Part shown: positions 31,651-45,200 of the stretch, one piece after another | How the letters are laid out: every line of letters starts with the position of its first letter | Position numbering within the stretch: the stretch's first letter is position 1 | DNA from: an uncultured bacterium | GTDB lineage: Bacteria > Fidelibacterota > Marinisomatia > Marinisomatales > JAHJCW01 | Reading direction: 5' to 3' | DNA: 64,000 nt | Assembly (NCBI GenBank): GCA_963715945.1 | Contig: CAVQSL010000007.1 | Coordinates: 123,997 to 187,996, forward strand | The notes under the pieces: model-generated | Seen by the model: only the letters and a program-made list of their open reading frames with translations | What the model was told of the DNA's origin: nothing | Database searches by the model: none | Translations under genes and position numbers: made by a program

Positions 31651-31690
31651 GTAAAACGGACTCAAACATCCTATTATTTTAACAATAACA

Positions 31691-31720
31691 AAAAGGAGTG
31701 AAATATTTCACTCCTTTTTT
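31691..31720. terminator. Rho-independent terminator downstream of the MFS gene
   Basis: AAAAAGGAGTGAAA-TA-TTTCACTCCTTTTTT. Confidence 0.7.
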
Positions 31721-31790
31721 ATTAAAAATATTTGAATAAATGATTATTTAGCTAAATATTCCTTAGCCATCCTTTCACCTTCTTTCAAGA

Positions 31791-33023
31791 TCAACTTTGG
31801 TTAGAAGGAATCCTCCAATAACAAATAATATCAATATTGATAGGATACCAGTACCTAACGTTACCTGTCATCACTGTAATTGCACCCAGCATGAAAGGAC
31901 CAATAACAGCAGCAAATTTTCCAAGCATGTTATAAAATCCGTAGAACTCTGCGGATTTTTCCTTAGGAATTAATCTACTGTACAAACTACGACTTAAGGC
32001 TTGAATTCCCCCTTGGAAAAGTCCAATCATTCCTGCAAGAACAAAAAAGTGCCAGGTTTGAGTCATAAAATATCCCAAGAATGTTATGACTCCATATCCA
32101 ACGATACCGGTCATAATGGCATTCTTGATTCCAACCTTGTTTGAATATTTCGCAAATAATAATGTGCAGGGGAAAGCGATAAACTGAACCATCAATAGGG
32201 CGATTATCAATGCACTGTCATCAAACCCAAGCGATACACCAATATCAACAGCCATTCTTATTATTGTATCTACTCCATCGATATAGAACCAATAAGCGAA
32301 TAAAAATATTCCGACTACCTTAAGATGTTTAATATCGCGGATAGTGCCAGCAAGTTGCTGCCAGCCTAAACTTACTGATTTTAAAATTCCAACTTTTTCA
32401 TAAATTTTTGGTTCCTTAACCCATAATAATATTGGAATTGAAAAGACCGCCCACCATATTGCAACCGATAGAAATGATAATCTAATCGCAGTAGCACCAT
32501 CGGGTATACCGAACATTTCCGGCATTTGGAACATCATTACATTGACCAAAAACAAAATTCCACCACCGAGATAACCTAAACCGAATCCTAATGAAGAAAC
32601 ATAGTCCACTTTCTTTTTGGATGCCACTCCAGGCAATAATGAATCATAAAATATATTACTCCCCGAGAATCCTATTGTTGCTAATATATAAAATAATATT
32701 GCTATCTGCCACTGCCCTTGAGCAACCATCCACAATCCGCCTGTCATGATTATTCCAAGGAACGCAAAAGTGAATAAAAATTTCTTTTTCGCTGTACCAC
32801 GATCTGCAATGGCACCCAAAAAGGGAGCAATTGCAGCAACCAGTATTGACGCAATTGAGTTACCTAATCCAAGGTAATAAGTACTTTGCGCCATATTTTC
32901 TGGATCAGCCCAATATTTTTTAAAGAATAATGGAAAAAATCCCGCCATCACTGTGGTCGCAAATGCTGAGTTAGCCCAATCATATAAAGCCCAACTACGA
33001 TACGCTTTTTTAGTGTCAATCAT
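31791..33023 (-). CDS. MFS transporter (UMF1/Atg22-like), C-terminus probably frameshifted near 31860
   Basis: 410-aa polytopic ORF. The last 20 codons are non-hydrophobic, while the adjacent frame reads GILSILILFVIGGFLLTKV (a TM helix). Confidence 0.6.
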   Translation of the reverse strand: MIDTKKAYRSWALYDWANSAFATTVMAGFFPLFFKKYWADPENMAQSTYYLGLGNSIASILVAAIAPFLGAIADRGTAKKKFLFTFAFLGIIMTGGLWMVAQGQWQIAILFYILATIGFSGSNIFYDSLLPGVASKKKVDYVSSLGFGLGYLGGGILFLVNVMMFQMPEMFGIPDGATAIRLSFLSVAIWWAVFSIPILLWVKEPKIYEKVGILKSVSLGWQQLAGTIRDIKHLKVVGIFLFAYWFYIDGVDTIIRMAVDIGVSLGFDDSALIIALLMVQFIAFPCTLLFAKYSNKVGIKNAIMTGIVGYGVITFLGYFMTQTWHFFVLAGMIGLFQGGIQALSRSLYSRLIPKEKSAEFYGFYNMLGKFAAVIGPFMLGAITVMTGNVRYWYPINIDIICYWRIPSNQS

Positions 33024-33157
33024 AAATCCTCCGGTTTGGTTTAATTGTATATTCCAAAATATGAAGGAAATTTAATACTGATTTGAGGATATTCAAGATT
33101 TAATAAACATCTGCTAATTAAAAATAATTGGTAGATAAAAATGAGGATTTGAAAACG

Positions 33158-33230
<73 letters not shown>

Positions 33231-33290
33231 ATTTCTTTATTAAAAAGCGCGCCGAATTTAGTACTTTAGTCGGCTTTTATCAACAACCTG

Positions 33291-35485
33291 TTATAAATTA
33301 TCCATAAAATAATTTGTTATTTTTGTCCATAGGTGGAATGTGGCATTTCCACCACGTATTCCATGATTGCGACTCGCATACGATATAAAATCTGCATGTT
33401 TGTCTGCTTTTAGGAATTCTTCCATTAATTGTGTAGCATGTTGAAAATGTACATTATCATCCATCGTCCCGTGGACGATTAATAATTTACCCTCTAATTT
33501 GTCTGCATATGTAAATATTGATGCATTCTTGTAACCTTCTGCATTTTCATCCAATAGTCCCATGTATCGTTCTGTCCAGATTGTATCGTATAATTTTAGA
33601 TCATAATTACCGGCTACAGCAACACCAACGTTGAAATTTGGAGCACCTTTGGTCATGCATAGACGCTGTCATGTAACCACCCCCACTCCATCCCCAAATT
33701 CCAATTCTGTCACCATCAACATACGGTAACGATTTTAAATATTTGGCTCCTTCCACTTGATCTTTTTCAACATATTTACCAATGTCTAAATATGATAAAT
33801 ATTTAAAATCTGTACCTCGGCCACCTGTTCCACGAGGGTCAATGGAAAAAGTAGATGATAGCCCTCTTGATTCATATACCTACTCCAAGAACCTCCTCTA
33901 CCATAACTATTGGTCAACGGTTTGGCTGCCAGGTCCTGAGTATCCATATACTATTACAGGATATTTCTTATTTGGGTCAAAATCTCGCGGAAGAGTGATT
34001 TGTGCGTTCAGTAATGTTCCATCATCATTGGTAGGTATTTGGATAAATTTTGTCTCTGTAAATCCATAATCCTTAAATTGTTCAACATCCGTTATTGATA
34101 GATTTCTTGATCCATTTCCCTTCAGAAGTATACAAACAAATATTTTGTGGATCATTGGCTGTTGAAAAATAATCTATATAGTAGGAATTGGTTGGTGAGA
34201 ACATTGCTCGATGCCATCCTAAGTTCTCACTTAATATCTTAAAATCCGATCCATCCAAGTTAACAGAGTATATATTGGATTCAATTACTGAATCTTTTTT
34301 GCCATTGAAATAAACCTTACCATTCTTTTCGTCTAAAGCAGTAATACCTGAGACTTCCCAATTCTCCTTTAGTAACAGCGTTAATTAACTGCTCCGTCCC
34401 TTCCAAAATGATAAATATGCTGATATCCTGAACGTTCCGATAAAGTAATAAAACTACCGTCTTTTAAGAAAAATAAATCATCCGTCAAATCAACCCATGC
34501 CTTACTTTCATCTTTCCAAAACAGTTGTCCTTTCCCTTTTTTAACATCGTATCTTACTAATTCTAAACGATTTTGGTGGCGATTGATCTTTGTTACAACC
34601 AATTCTTGATTACCACTTTCAGTTTGATTACTATTCAGCCAATTAATCCTAGGATGATACATTTCTTCAGTAGAAGCTAGATCTAACCATTTAGTTCTTC
34701 TTTTATTTACATTTACAACTCCAATATTTAATATTGGATTTTTTTCACCGACTTTTGGATAATGATGCCATTTAACTATTGGATAAAAATGTAATTCATC
34801 AATCATGGGGAATTGCTTAACTAGTGTTTGATCCTCTCGCACAAATGCGATATACTTGCTATCCGGTGACCAGCGATAAGCATCGAATGAACCAAATTCT
34901 TCTTCGTATACCCAACCAAAATGACCATTTAGAATATTAAAAGAACCATCCTTTGTCAATTGTATTTCTTTGTTTGTATCAATATTAAAGACATACAAAT
35001 TGTTATCAGATTTTATGTATGCAAGTGACATACCATCAGGTGAATATTTAACATTTCGCAAACGATTACCTTTTGCAACTTGGGAAACTTTTTCATTTTT
35101 CATATCAAATAAATAATATATGGCAGACTCTTGAGTGGCGCCAAATTCTTTTCTGACCTGTAATAAGAAGCATTTTATTGCTTTTTTGATGTATTTCGTA
35201 GTCTGCTAAATGTAAAGCTTTCCCCTGAAATGCCAATTTATCTCCTGGAATATATAAAGTAGTATCACCGGAAACTAAATCATATTTATATAGAGATTTT
35301 ACAATAATAGAAGTATCCATATTGAAAAATAAATATTCATCGGATTCTGGAACCCACTGCCATTGACCTATAGAAGCTAATTTAAATGGTGGTTTTTTAA
35401 AAACATCTTCAAGTGTTAGGTCTTTCCATTGAGCTGTAATTACTGAAACTAAAATAAAAGGTATTAAAAATAATGTCTTTTTCAT
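33291..35485 (-). pseudogene. Dipeptidyl-peptidase IV / prolyl oligopeptidase family S9 serine peptidase, at least five frame breaks
   Basis: Signal peptide MKKTLFLIPFILVSVITAQ. Beta-propeller fragments (YSPDGMSLAYIKSDNNLYVF, YRWSPDSKYIAF), a nucleophile region GIWGWSGGGY in another frame, and a C-terminal fragment with LLIVHGTMDDNVHFQH. Split over at least six ORF pieces. Confidence 0.7.
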
Positions 35486-35662
35486 GTATATCTTCCTTTT
35501 TTGATAAAATATCCTATTCAATTCTAAGGTATTTTTATCATATTTTTCAATTCTCATAATCCATTAAAAATCATTTGTAAACAATCACAGTTGCCCTTTG
35601 CTTAACAAAAAGCAATTGTCTAAATTCGCTCCCTATATTTAAGTAAAATTTAAAGGTAAACA

Positions 35663-37497
35663 ATGGCTGTAATGACATCAATGCGGACAAAAATGCACAT
35701 CGTTTTGTGGGCTGTATTAATACTATTTTTATTAAGTATGACGGTCGGTGGGCTCGTAGGCGGTGCTGATATTTTAGATCAATTAATGGGCAGAACCAAT
35801 CCTGGTGAGGCAATTGGCGTAATAGATGGAGAGAAAATTCCTCCGGACTTTTTTAATCAGTTAGTAAATCAACAATTAGAGCAATATCGTGTAAGTGGAC
35901 AAACCGTAAGCGATCAGATGCTAGAAGATATTCGCAATCAAGTGTGGAATAATATAATTCGAGAAAACCTTATTGCCTCCGCTATTCTTGATATGGGGAT
36001 TACCGCAACTGATGAGGAAGTCATATATCATTTGCAAAATAATCCTCCACAGTTTTTGCGCACTATGCCGGCGTTCCAAACTAATGGGCAATTTGATACA
36101 CAAAAATATCTTACTGCTGTGAATAACCCTGAAGGTAACGAATGGGCACCGGTTGAGCAGATTATGAAAAGCAACGTTATACCAAACTACAAATTACAGA
36201 AAATGTTATTTTCATCAATAACCGTATCCGATTCTGAAATTCGCAAAGAACATATTCGAAGAAATGTTGATTTCACTATTGACGCTGTTCATGTTGTTGA
36301 GAACAATGTCAATCCAGCCGACATAGACGTATCGGAAAACGAAATCAAGCGTGCTTATAACAACCGTAAAGATGAATTTAATCGTCCGGAATCAAGAAAA
36401 TTACGGTTTGTGTATTGGCCAAAGGGATCATCTGCTAGTGATACTATTTCAACCTATAATGATGCCCGCGATATAATTGCTCAACTCAATTCTGGAGCAG
36501 ACTTCGCTGATCTTGCAAATTTATATTCTGAAGACCCCGGCAATAAAACTCCTGAAGGTTCATTTCGGGGCGGTGACTTAGGTTGGTTCGAGCGCGGTCA
36601 AATGGTCAAACCTTTTTCTGATGCTGCATTTTCAGCACGAAAAGGCGCTGTTGTAGGACCTATTTTATCACAATTTGGCTATCATGTTATTAAAGTACTT
36701 GATAAAAAAACAGTCAATGGTAAGACTCAAGTACATGGTGCACATATCTTATTGAATATTACTGTGGGCGCAGATACACGCGATGCGATACGGCGCGATG
36801 CAACCCTATTCAGTTATGATGCGCAAGATTATGGATTCGATGCAGCTTTAGATACACATTCTGTTGTTGCAACAGAAGTCTCTTTGAATGAAGATGGAGT
36901 GTTTATTAATCCAATCGGACAATTGCGTTACGCTGCACGATTCGCCTTCAATAGTCCTATTGGAGAAATTTCATCACCCATGGAGAATGATGATTATTAC
37001 GCTGTTTTCAAATTGGAATCTATTACGCCAAAAGGTCCGGCACCATTAAAGGATGTTGAAAATGCTATAAAAGAAGATATTCGTAAAGATAAAATTGCAG
37101 TCACAACCAAGAAACTTGCTTCTGAATTGAGAGCAAGCATAAATAAAGGTACAACTTTTGATGAAATCGTTGCCCAGGATAATGGTTACGAATTAGTAAT
37201 AGGTGAAACAAATAATCTTAATCGCGGATTTAGCTCTATAGGACGCAGTAACTTTGTTACAGGAGCCTTTTAAATGCAAAGCCCAACAATGTATTGGGAC
37301 CATTAAAAACTGCTCGTGGTTATGCTATACTATTTGTTAAAAGCATATCAGAAATTGATACTAATGAATTTGAAATTCGTAAGGACATCTTAAGAGAAAA
37401 TCTTCTAGCAAATAAACAAAGTCAGGTGTTTGAAAAGTGGCTAAAACAGTTGGAAGATAAAGCTGATATTAAAGATTTTCGTAAATATCATTATTAA
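35663..37497 (+). CDS. Periplasmic chaperone / parvulin-type peptidyl-prolyl isomerase (PpiD/SurA-like), frameshift in a T-run near 37270
   Basis: N-terminal anchor and a parvulin domain (GGDLGWFERGQMVKPFSDAAF...GYHVIKVLD). ORFs 35663..37273 and 37294..37497 join if one T is added. Confidence 0.75.
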
Positions 37498-37515
37498 TAG
37501 ATAATATTTCTAGAA

Positions 37516-37545
37516 TAAAAAAAGGGCTCCAATTAGAGCCCTTTT
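37516..37545. terminator. Bidirectional rho-independent terminator
   Basis: AAAAAAAGGGCTC-caatta-GAGCCCTTTT between convergent ppiD-like and gdhA genes. Confidence 0.7.
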
Positions 37546-37598
37546 CATTTATAGAGATGTAAAATTTTTACCTCTCCATAATTAACTATTGTTTTATA

Positions 37599-38937
<1,339 letters not shown>

Positions 38938-38992
38938 TTATTGTTTTCTCCTAACTTTTTGTCTTTTATGAAAATGATAGAAATTTAGTGCA

Positions 38993-39025
38993 CAAAGTTA
39001 CACTTATTGTTCGATACATTTCCAA
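38993..39025 (-). promoter_or_regulatory. Candidate Bacteroides-type promoter of gdhA (TTG-N22-TAACTTTG)
   Basis: Minus strand reads ACTTGGAAATGTATCGAACAATAAGTGTAACTTTG, about 55 nt upstream of the ATG. Confidence 0.3.
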
Positions 39026-39167
39026 GTAAATAGGACTCAGAAGTACTATTATTTTATCTAATTATTCCTCACAACTGTCCGCATTTCCTTTATTTATATT
39101 CTAATTGTAGAGTAATTTTAGTCTGTATTTTTTTTAAATATTTTTATTAATTAAACAGGTTAGGTAA

Positions 39168-40454
39168 ATGAACAACAAGACTTATAATGCATTCGAAACT
39201 GCTCAAAAACAGTTTGACCGTGCTGCCGATTTATTAGAATTAGATCAAGCTACTCGCGATCTATTACGTAATCCTTTGAGAGAATTTCATTTTAGCATTC
39301 CAATCCGTATGGACGATGGCACTATGAAAGTATTTAAGGGCTTTAGAGTACAACATAATGATGCAAGAGGTCCTGCAAAAGGAGGAATACGATTTCATCC
39401 TCAAGAAACAGTTGATACTGTCCGAGCACTATCAATGTGGATGACATGGAAAACAGCTGTTGCTGATATTCCGTTAGGTGGTGGTAAAGGCGGCGTTATT
39501 TGTGATCCACACAATTTAAGTTTAACCGAACAAGAACGCATTTGTCGTGGTTGGGCACGCCAGATTGCAAAAAATGTTGGTTCTCATTCTGATGTTCCTG
39601 CTCCAGATGTAATGACCAATGCACAACATATGTTATGGATGTTAGATGAATTTGAAACCATAAAAGGTGCAAAAGATCCTGGCTTTATTACTGGAAAACC
39701 GGTTGGAATGGGTGGATCTTTAGGCAGAAAAGAAGCTACTGGATATGGAGTGATGATCACTGTTCGAGAAGCCTTAAAAGTGTTAAATATTAATCCTGAA
39801 AAAACCACTGCAAGTTTTCAAGGCTTTGGCAATGTTTCACAATATGCAATTGAACTATATCAACAAATGGGTGGTACAGTAAAATGTGTTTCATGTTGGG
39901 ATCAAAAAGACAATACTAGCTATTCCTATAAAAAAGAAAGTGGGATTGATTTGAAAGAACTGCTTTCAATTACCGATTCGTTTGGTGGTATTAACAAAAC
40001 AAAAGCTAAAGAATTGGGATTTGAAATGCTACCTGGAGAAGCTTGGTTAGAACAAGATGTTGATATACTAGTCCCTTCAGCGTTAGAGAATCAAATAACT
40101 GGCGAAAATGTTGAAAAGATTAGCGATCAAGTTAAGATTATTGCCGAAGGAGCCAACGGACCAACTACTCCCGAAGCAGATAAAGTGCTTGATGAGAAAG
40201 GTATTTTTATTATACCGGATTTTCTGGCAAATGCCGGCGGAGTAACTTGTAGTTATTTTGAACAAGTTCAATGTAATATGAATTATTTCTGGGCAAAAGA
40301 TGAAGTCCTTGGAAAATTAGATGTTAAAATGACTGCGGCATTTATTGCTGTGAATGATTTCTCCAAATCTAACAATTTGAACATGCGTGATGCCGCTTAT
40401 GTCATATCAGTTGATAGAGTAGCACAGGCATGTAAAGATAGAGGTTGGGTATAG
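39168..40454 (+). CDS. Glu/Leu/Phe/Val dehydrogenase family, roughly 420-aa glutamate dehydrogenase class
   Basis: 428-aa ORF with KGGIRFHP, IPLGGGKGGV and a Rossmann motif (QGFGNVSQYA). Confidence 0.85.
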   Translation: MNNKTYNAFETAQKQFDRAADLLELDQATRDLLRNPLREFHFSIPIRMDDGTMKVFKGFRVQHNDARGPAKGGIRFHPQETVDTVRALSMWMTWKTAVADIPLGGGKGGVICDPHNLSLTEQERICRGWARQIAKNVGSHSDVPAPDVMTNAQHMLWMLDEFETIKGAKDPGFITGKPVGMGGSLGRKEATGYGVMITVREALKVLNINPEKTTASFQGFGNVSQYAIELYQQMGGTVKCVSCWDQKDNTSYSYKKESGIDLKELLSITDSFGGINKTKAKELGFEMLPGEAWLEQDVDILVPSALENQITGENVEKISDQVKIIAEGANGPTTPEADKVLDEKGIFIIPDFLANAGGVTCSYFEQVQCNMNYFWAKDEVLGKLDVKMTAAFIAVNDFSKSNNLNMRDAAYVISVDRVAQACKDRGWV

Positions 40455-40528
40455 AATTTTAATAAGGTTTTGAACAAACATACTTGGAGTAGTTCTCTAT
40501 ATTTATTTAATAGTATTACAAAATAATA

Positions 40529-42287
40529 ATGTCTCAAGAACATAGTCAATTTGACCGGAAATTCTTTAGTTCTACAAATCGAGTATCATATATCGGTACT
40601 GGGTCAATTGGCGGGAAAGCCCACGGTCTCGAGCTGATTGATAAAATATTAAATTCTAAAGAATTTGATCGAGATAGTTTTCCTCAAATTGATGTTAATA
40701 TTCCTGTTCTAACAGTCCTTCGCACTGATATATTTGATAAATTTATGCAATTAAATAATCTTTATGATATTGCATATTCAGATGTACCAGATGATAGAAT
40801 TAGTCATGCTTTTCAAAACGCTGCTCTCCCCTTTGGAATATTGGGTGATCTAAGAGCCCTAATTAGTGAAGTCCATTCTCCTCTAGCAGTTAGGTCTTCA
40901 AGTATGTTGGAAGATGCAATGTTTGAACCGTTTGCTGGTATATATGGCACAAAAATGACGCCAAATAACCAACCTGATGCCGATACACGATTTAGTAAAT
41001 TGGTTGAAGCCATAAAGTTCGTCTACTCTTCAACATATTTCAAACGTGCAAAAGATTACATTAAGGCTACAAAGCACTCAATTGAAGATGAAAAAATGGC
41101 TGTCATAATACAAGAAGTCGTAGGTGTTAGACATACAGACAGATTTTATCCGGAATTATCTGGTGTGGCCCGCTCCTATAATTTTTATCCGATGGGTAGA
41201 GCAAAACCAGAAGAGGGTGTGGTTAATCTTGCATTGGGATTAGGGAAAACCATTGTCGATGGAGGAATTTCGTGGGCATATTCTCCTGAATACCCAAAAG
41301 TTGATCCACCATTTGGATCGGTTGGAGATTTGCTCAAAAATACCCAATTAGACTTTTGGGCTATAAATATGGGCAAACCACCATCATATAATCCTCTTGC
41401 TGAAACAGAATACATGATGAAAGGGGACTTAATGACAGCCGAATCGGATGGATCGCTACGATATTTAGCCTCAACTGTAGATTCGAATTCAGGCAGATTG
41501 ACTATTGGTATCGGAGCTCAAGGACCACGGGCGCTGACATTTGCTCCATTACTTGTATTTGATAATATTCCGTTAAATAACTTAATTAAAAATCTATTAG
41601 AGGTATGTGAAAAAGCATTAGATGCCCCCGTGGAAATAGAATTTGCCATGACCTTTTCTAAAAATAGAGATGGAACCGGTAAACACCGTTTTGGTTTTCT
41701 TCAAAGTAGACCGATGGTGATCTCAAATGAAAAAATCGATGTCAGATCGGAGGAGTTTGAACTCCGAGAACGTCTTAGTAGCTTCGGAAAATGTCTTAGG
41801 AAACGGAGTAATTGATTCCATTAAAGATATTGTTTTCGTAATACCGGAAAAGTTCAACGCCAAAGACACACAAAAAATAGCAAGCGAAATCGAGATTGTT
41901 AATAAAAAATTGGTAACAGACAATCGTTCTTACTTGTTAATTGGATTTGGTAGATGGGGCAGTTCAGATCCATGGTTAGGGATTCCAGTCAACTGGGGAC
42001 AGGTATCAGGAGCGAGCGCTATTGTAGAAGCGATGCTGGAAAATATGAATGTAGATCTAAGTCAGGGTTCTCATTTCTTTCATAATTTAACAAGTTTCAA
42101 TGTTTGCTATTTCTCAATCCCATATTATAGTAAATTAAAAATAGACTGGGATTGGCTAAGTAAGCAATCAGTTGAGCAAGAAACTACTTTTGTAAAGCAT
42201 GTTAAGCTAAAATCTCCATTATTTATTAAAGCAGATGGTCGAAACAGTAAAGGTTTGATTTATAAAACAAATAATCAAAATGAATAA
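40529..42287 (+). CDS. PEP/pyruvate-binding (PPDK-N ATP-grasp) domain protein of unknown function, frameshift near 41745
   Basis: GGKAHGL, LAVRSSSMLEDAMFEPFAGIYGT and AVIIQEVVG are ATP-grasp hallmarks of the PEP synthase/PPDK N-domain. The C-terminal module GFGRWGSSDPWLG...DLSQGSHFF lies in ORF 41727..42287. Confidence 0.7.
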
Positions 42288-45200
42288 AAATAAGTCATTA
42301 GATAATATCATTGTAGATCTTAAGGAACGGGCTAAGGAATTAAGCTGTTTATATGAGATACAAGAATTACTTAGCAACATTAATGCTGAGGCTGACGAAA
42401 TATGCCGTGAAATGGTAAAGGTAATTCCAGCAGGATGGCAATTCCCTGAAATTTGTGTAGTTAAAATCAAATATCGAGGTTCAGAATATTTATCTGAAAA
42501 TTTCAAAGAAACAAATTGGTATCAAAAAAGTGATATAGTCTTGCAAGATGAGATTGTTGGTAGTATAAATGTTTATTATACAGAAGAAAGACCAAAGTTG
42601 GATCAAGGTCCATTTCTAAAAGAAGAAAGGAAGCTAATTAATACTATTGCGGGACAATTTGGATTATTTCTATTGCATAAACGTCTCAAGAATGTTTTTG
42701 CTAAAAAAAAGCAAGCAGTTAGTCCCCGAAAGAGCGAATGGGGCATAATACTAGATCTACTAAAGAGGACAGATCCCAAACTACTCATTAGAATTTCCAG
42801 GAAAATGCTAAATTTTTTATGTTGGAGTGGAATTAAAAAAGCAGAAGAATTACTCCAACGCGTTAATCCTAATTATTCTAAAAATGGAGAAATATTTAAA
42901 GAAGCAAATCAGCCCTATCAAAAAAGTCCCACTGAAGATATATTAAGTCTAAGTTATGAGATATTCACTATTGCAGCTGATAATTTAAATCAAAAGGAAG
43001 TACTAAATAATATACAGAAGTGGATTAAAGAAGATCGATCGGGATTTTTAATAAATACACTTGAAGATAGCGGTTCTTCTCTTACAGATATTAGTAACGC
43101 CATTGAAAGATTTAATCATTTAGTACCACAGGGATTAGAGCTATCTTCGCCAAGAGAAATCAGCTTTATGGTATCCCTAATCAGACGAGTATTAAGTGAC
43201 CAACCGGACTATATATCGATAGCTAAAAAATTTATAGATATTAAAGATTTCAATAAACTATTGAACGCCATTATTTTTCCAGTTGGCAGTCATGGCAGAT
43301 TGGGAGGAAAAAGTTCAGGGTTATTCCTTGCAGAACAAATTATAAAGAGATCATCAAAAGACAATGATTTATTAAAAAGTATAAAGACCCCAAGAGCTTG
43401 GTACATTACCTCAGATAGTCTGCTCAATTTTATGAGATACAATAATCTTGAAGATGTTATCGAACAGAAATATAAAGATATTGGTCAAGTCAGACAGGAA
43501 TATCCATACGTTGTACATGTATTTAAGAATTCTCCTTTTCCTCCAGAGCTAATTAAAGATCTATCTTCAGTAATTGACAATTTTGGTGAAAAACCGCTAA
43601 TCGTAAGAAGTTCAAGTATATTAGAAGATCGACTGGGAGCAGCATTTGCTGGTAAGTATAAAAGTTTATTTATTGCCAATCAAGGTACTAAAGAAGAACG
43701 TCTTATCGATTTAATGGACGCTATTGCTGAAGTATATGCATCAATTTTTGGACCTGACCCAATTGAATATCGAAAAGAACAGGGTTTGCTAGATTACCAT
43801 GAGGAAATGGGTATTTTGATTCAAGAAGTAGTAGGACAAAAAGTAGGCAATTATTTCTTTCCTTCTTTTGCCGGTGTTGCATTAAGTAATAATGAATTTC
43901 GTTGGTCAAACAGAATAAAAATGGAGGATGGACTTGTTCGTATCGTACCCGGCTTAGGCACTAGAGCAGTTGATCGAGTTAGTGATGATTATCCGATTTT
44001 GATGGCTCCCGGCGAACCCAACCTCCGCGTTAACGTCACATTGGATGAAATGATACGCTATTCACCTAAATATATTGACGTTATAAACCTTGAAACTTCA
44101 TCGTTTGAAACATTGGTAATTGATGATTTAATTAAAAACCACGGTAAAGATTATCCTTTTATTAATAATGTTATATCAATACTTAAAGAAAACCATATAC
44201 AACATCCAAGAGCAATTGGCACAGATTATGCAAAAGACAACTTTATTGTCACTTTTGAAGGATTAATAACCAGAACACCATTTGTAAAACAAATTCACGC
44301 ATTGATCATTAATTTACGTAATAGTTTTGAACATCCGATTGATATTGAATTTGCTCATGATGGAAAGGATTTCTATTTACTTCAGTGCCGGACTCAGAGC
44401 CAGGGTTTAGCAAGTAAGCCGGCAGTAATACCTGATGATATTCCAACCGAAAAAATTATCTTTTCCGCTAATAAGTATGTTTCCAATGGAATTGTATCAA
44501 ATATTTCGCATATTGTTTATGTAAGTCCACAAAAGTATAGTGAAATAACAGACTATCAACACTTGGTTTCGGTAGGGAGAGCAATTGGGAAGCTAAATAA
44601 AATCCTTCCTAAAAGACAATTCATTCTTATGGGACCAGGTCGCTGGGGTAGCCGTGGCGATATAAAACTTGGTGTAAACGTAACCTATTCTGACATCAAT
44701 AATACTTCGATCCTGATCGAGATAGCCCGAAAACAGAAAGATTACGTACCTGATTTATCATTCGGTACACATTTTTTTCAAGATTTAGTCGAAGCAAATA
44801 TCCGCTATCTGCCATTATATCCCGATGATAAGGGTAATGTATTTAACGAAGAATTTCTTGAACACTCAAAAAATGTATTCATAGACATGTTACCTGACTT
44901 TGAACATATTAAAGATGTTGTAAGAGTCATTGATATCCCTGCCACTGCCGATGGCCAAATCATGCAAATATTAATGAATGCCGAGAATAATAAAGCGGTT
45001 AGTGTGCTAACAAAAGATGTACAAGATTTTGCGATTGAATCTGATGAAAAAGATACAATTATAAGTTACGAAAAATCAGAAGTACACTGGAGATGGAGAC
45101 AGAGGAATATTGAAGGTCTTGCTCGTCAATTGGATCCAAAAAGATTTGGCGTAAAAGGCTTTTATCTACTTGGAAGCACAAAAAATGCTACTGCAGGTCC

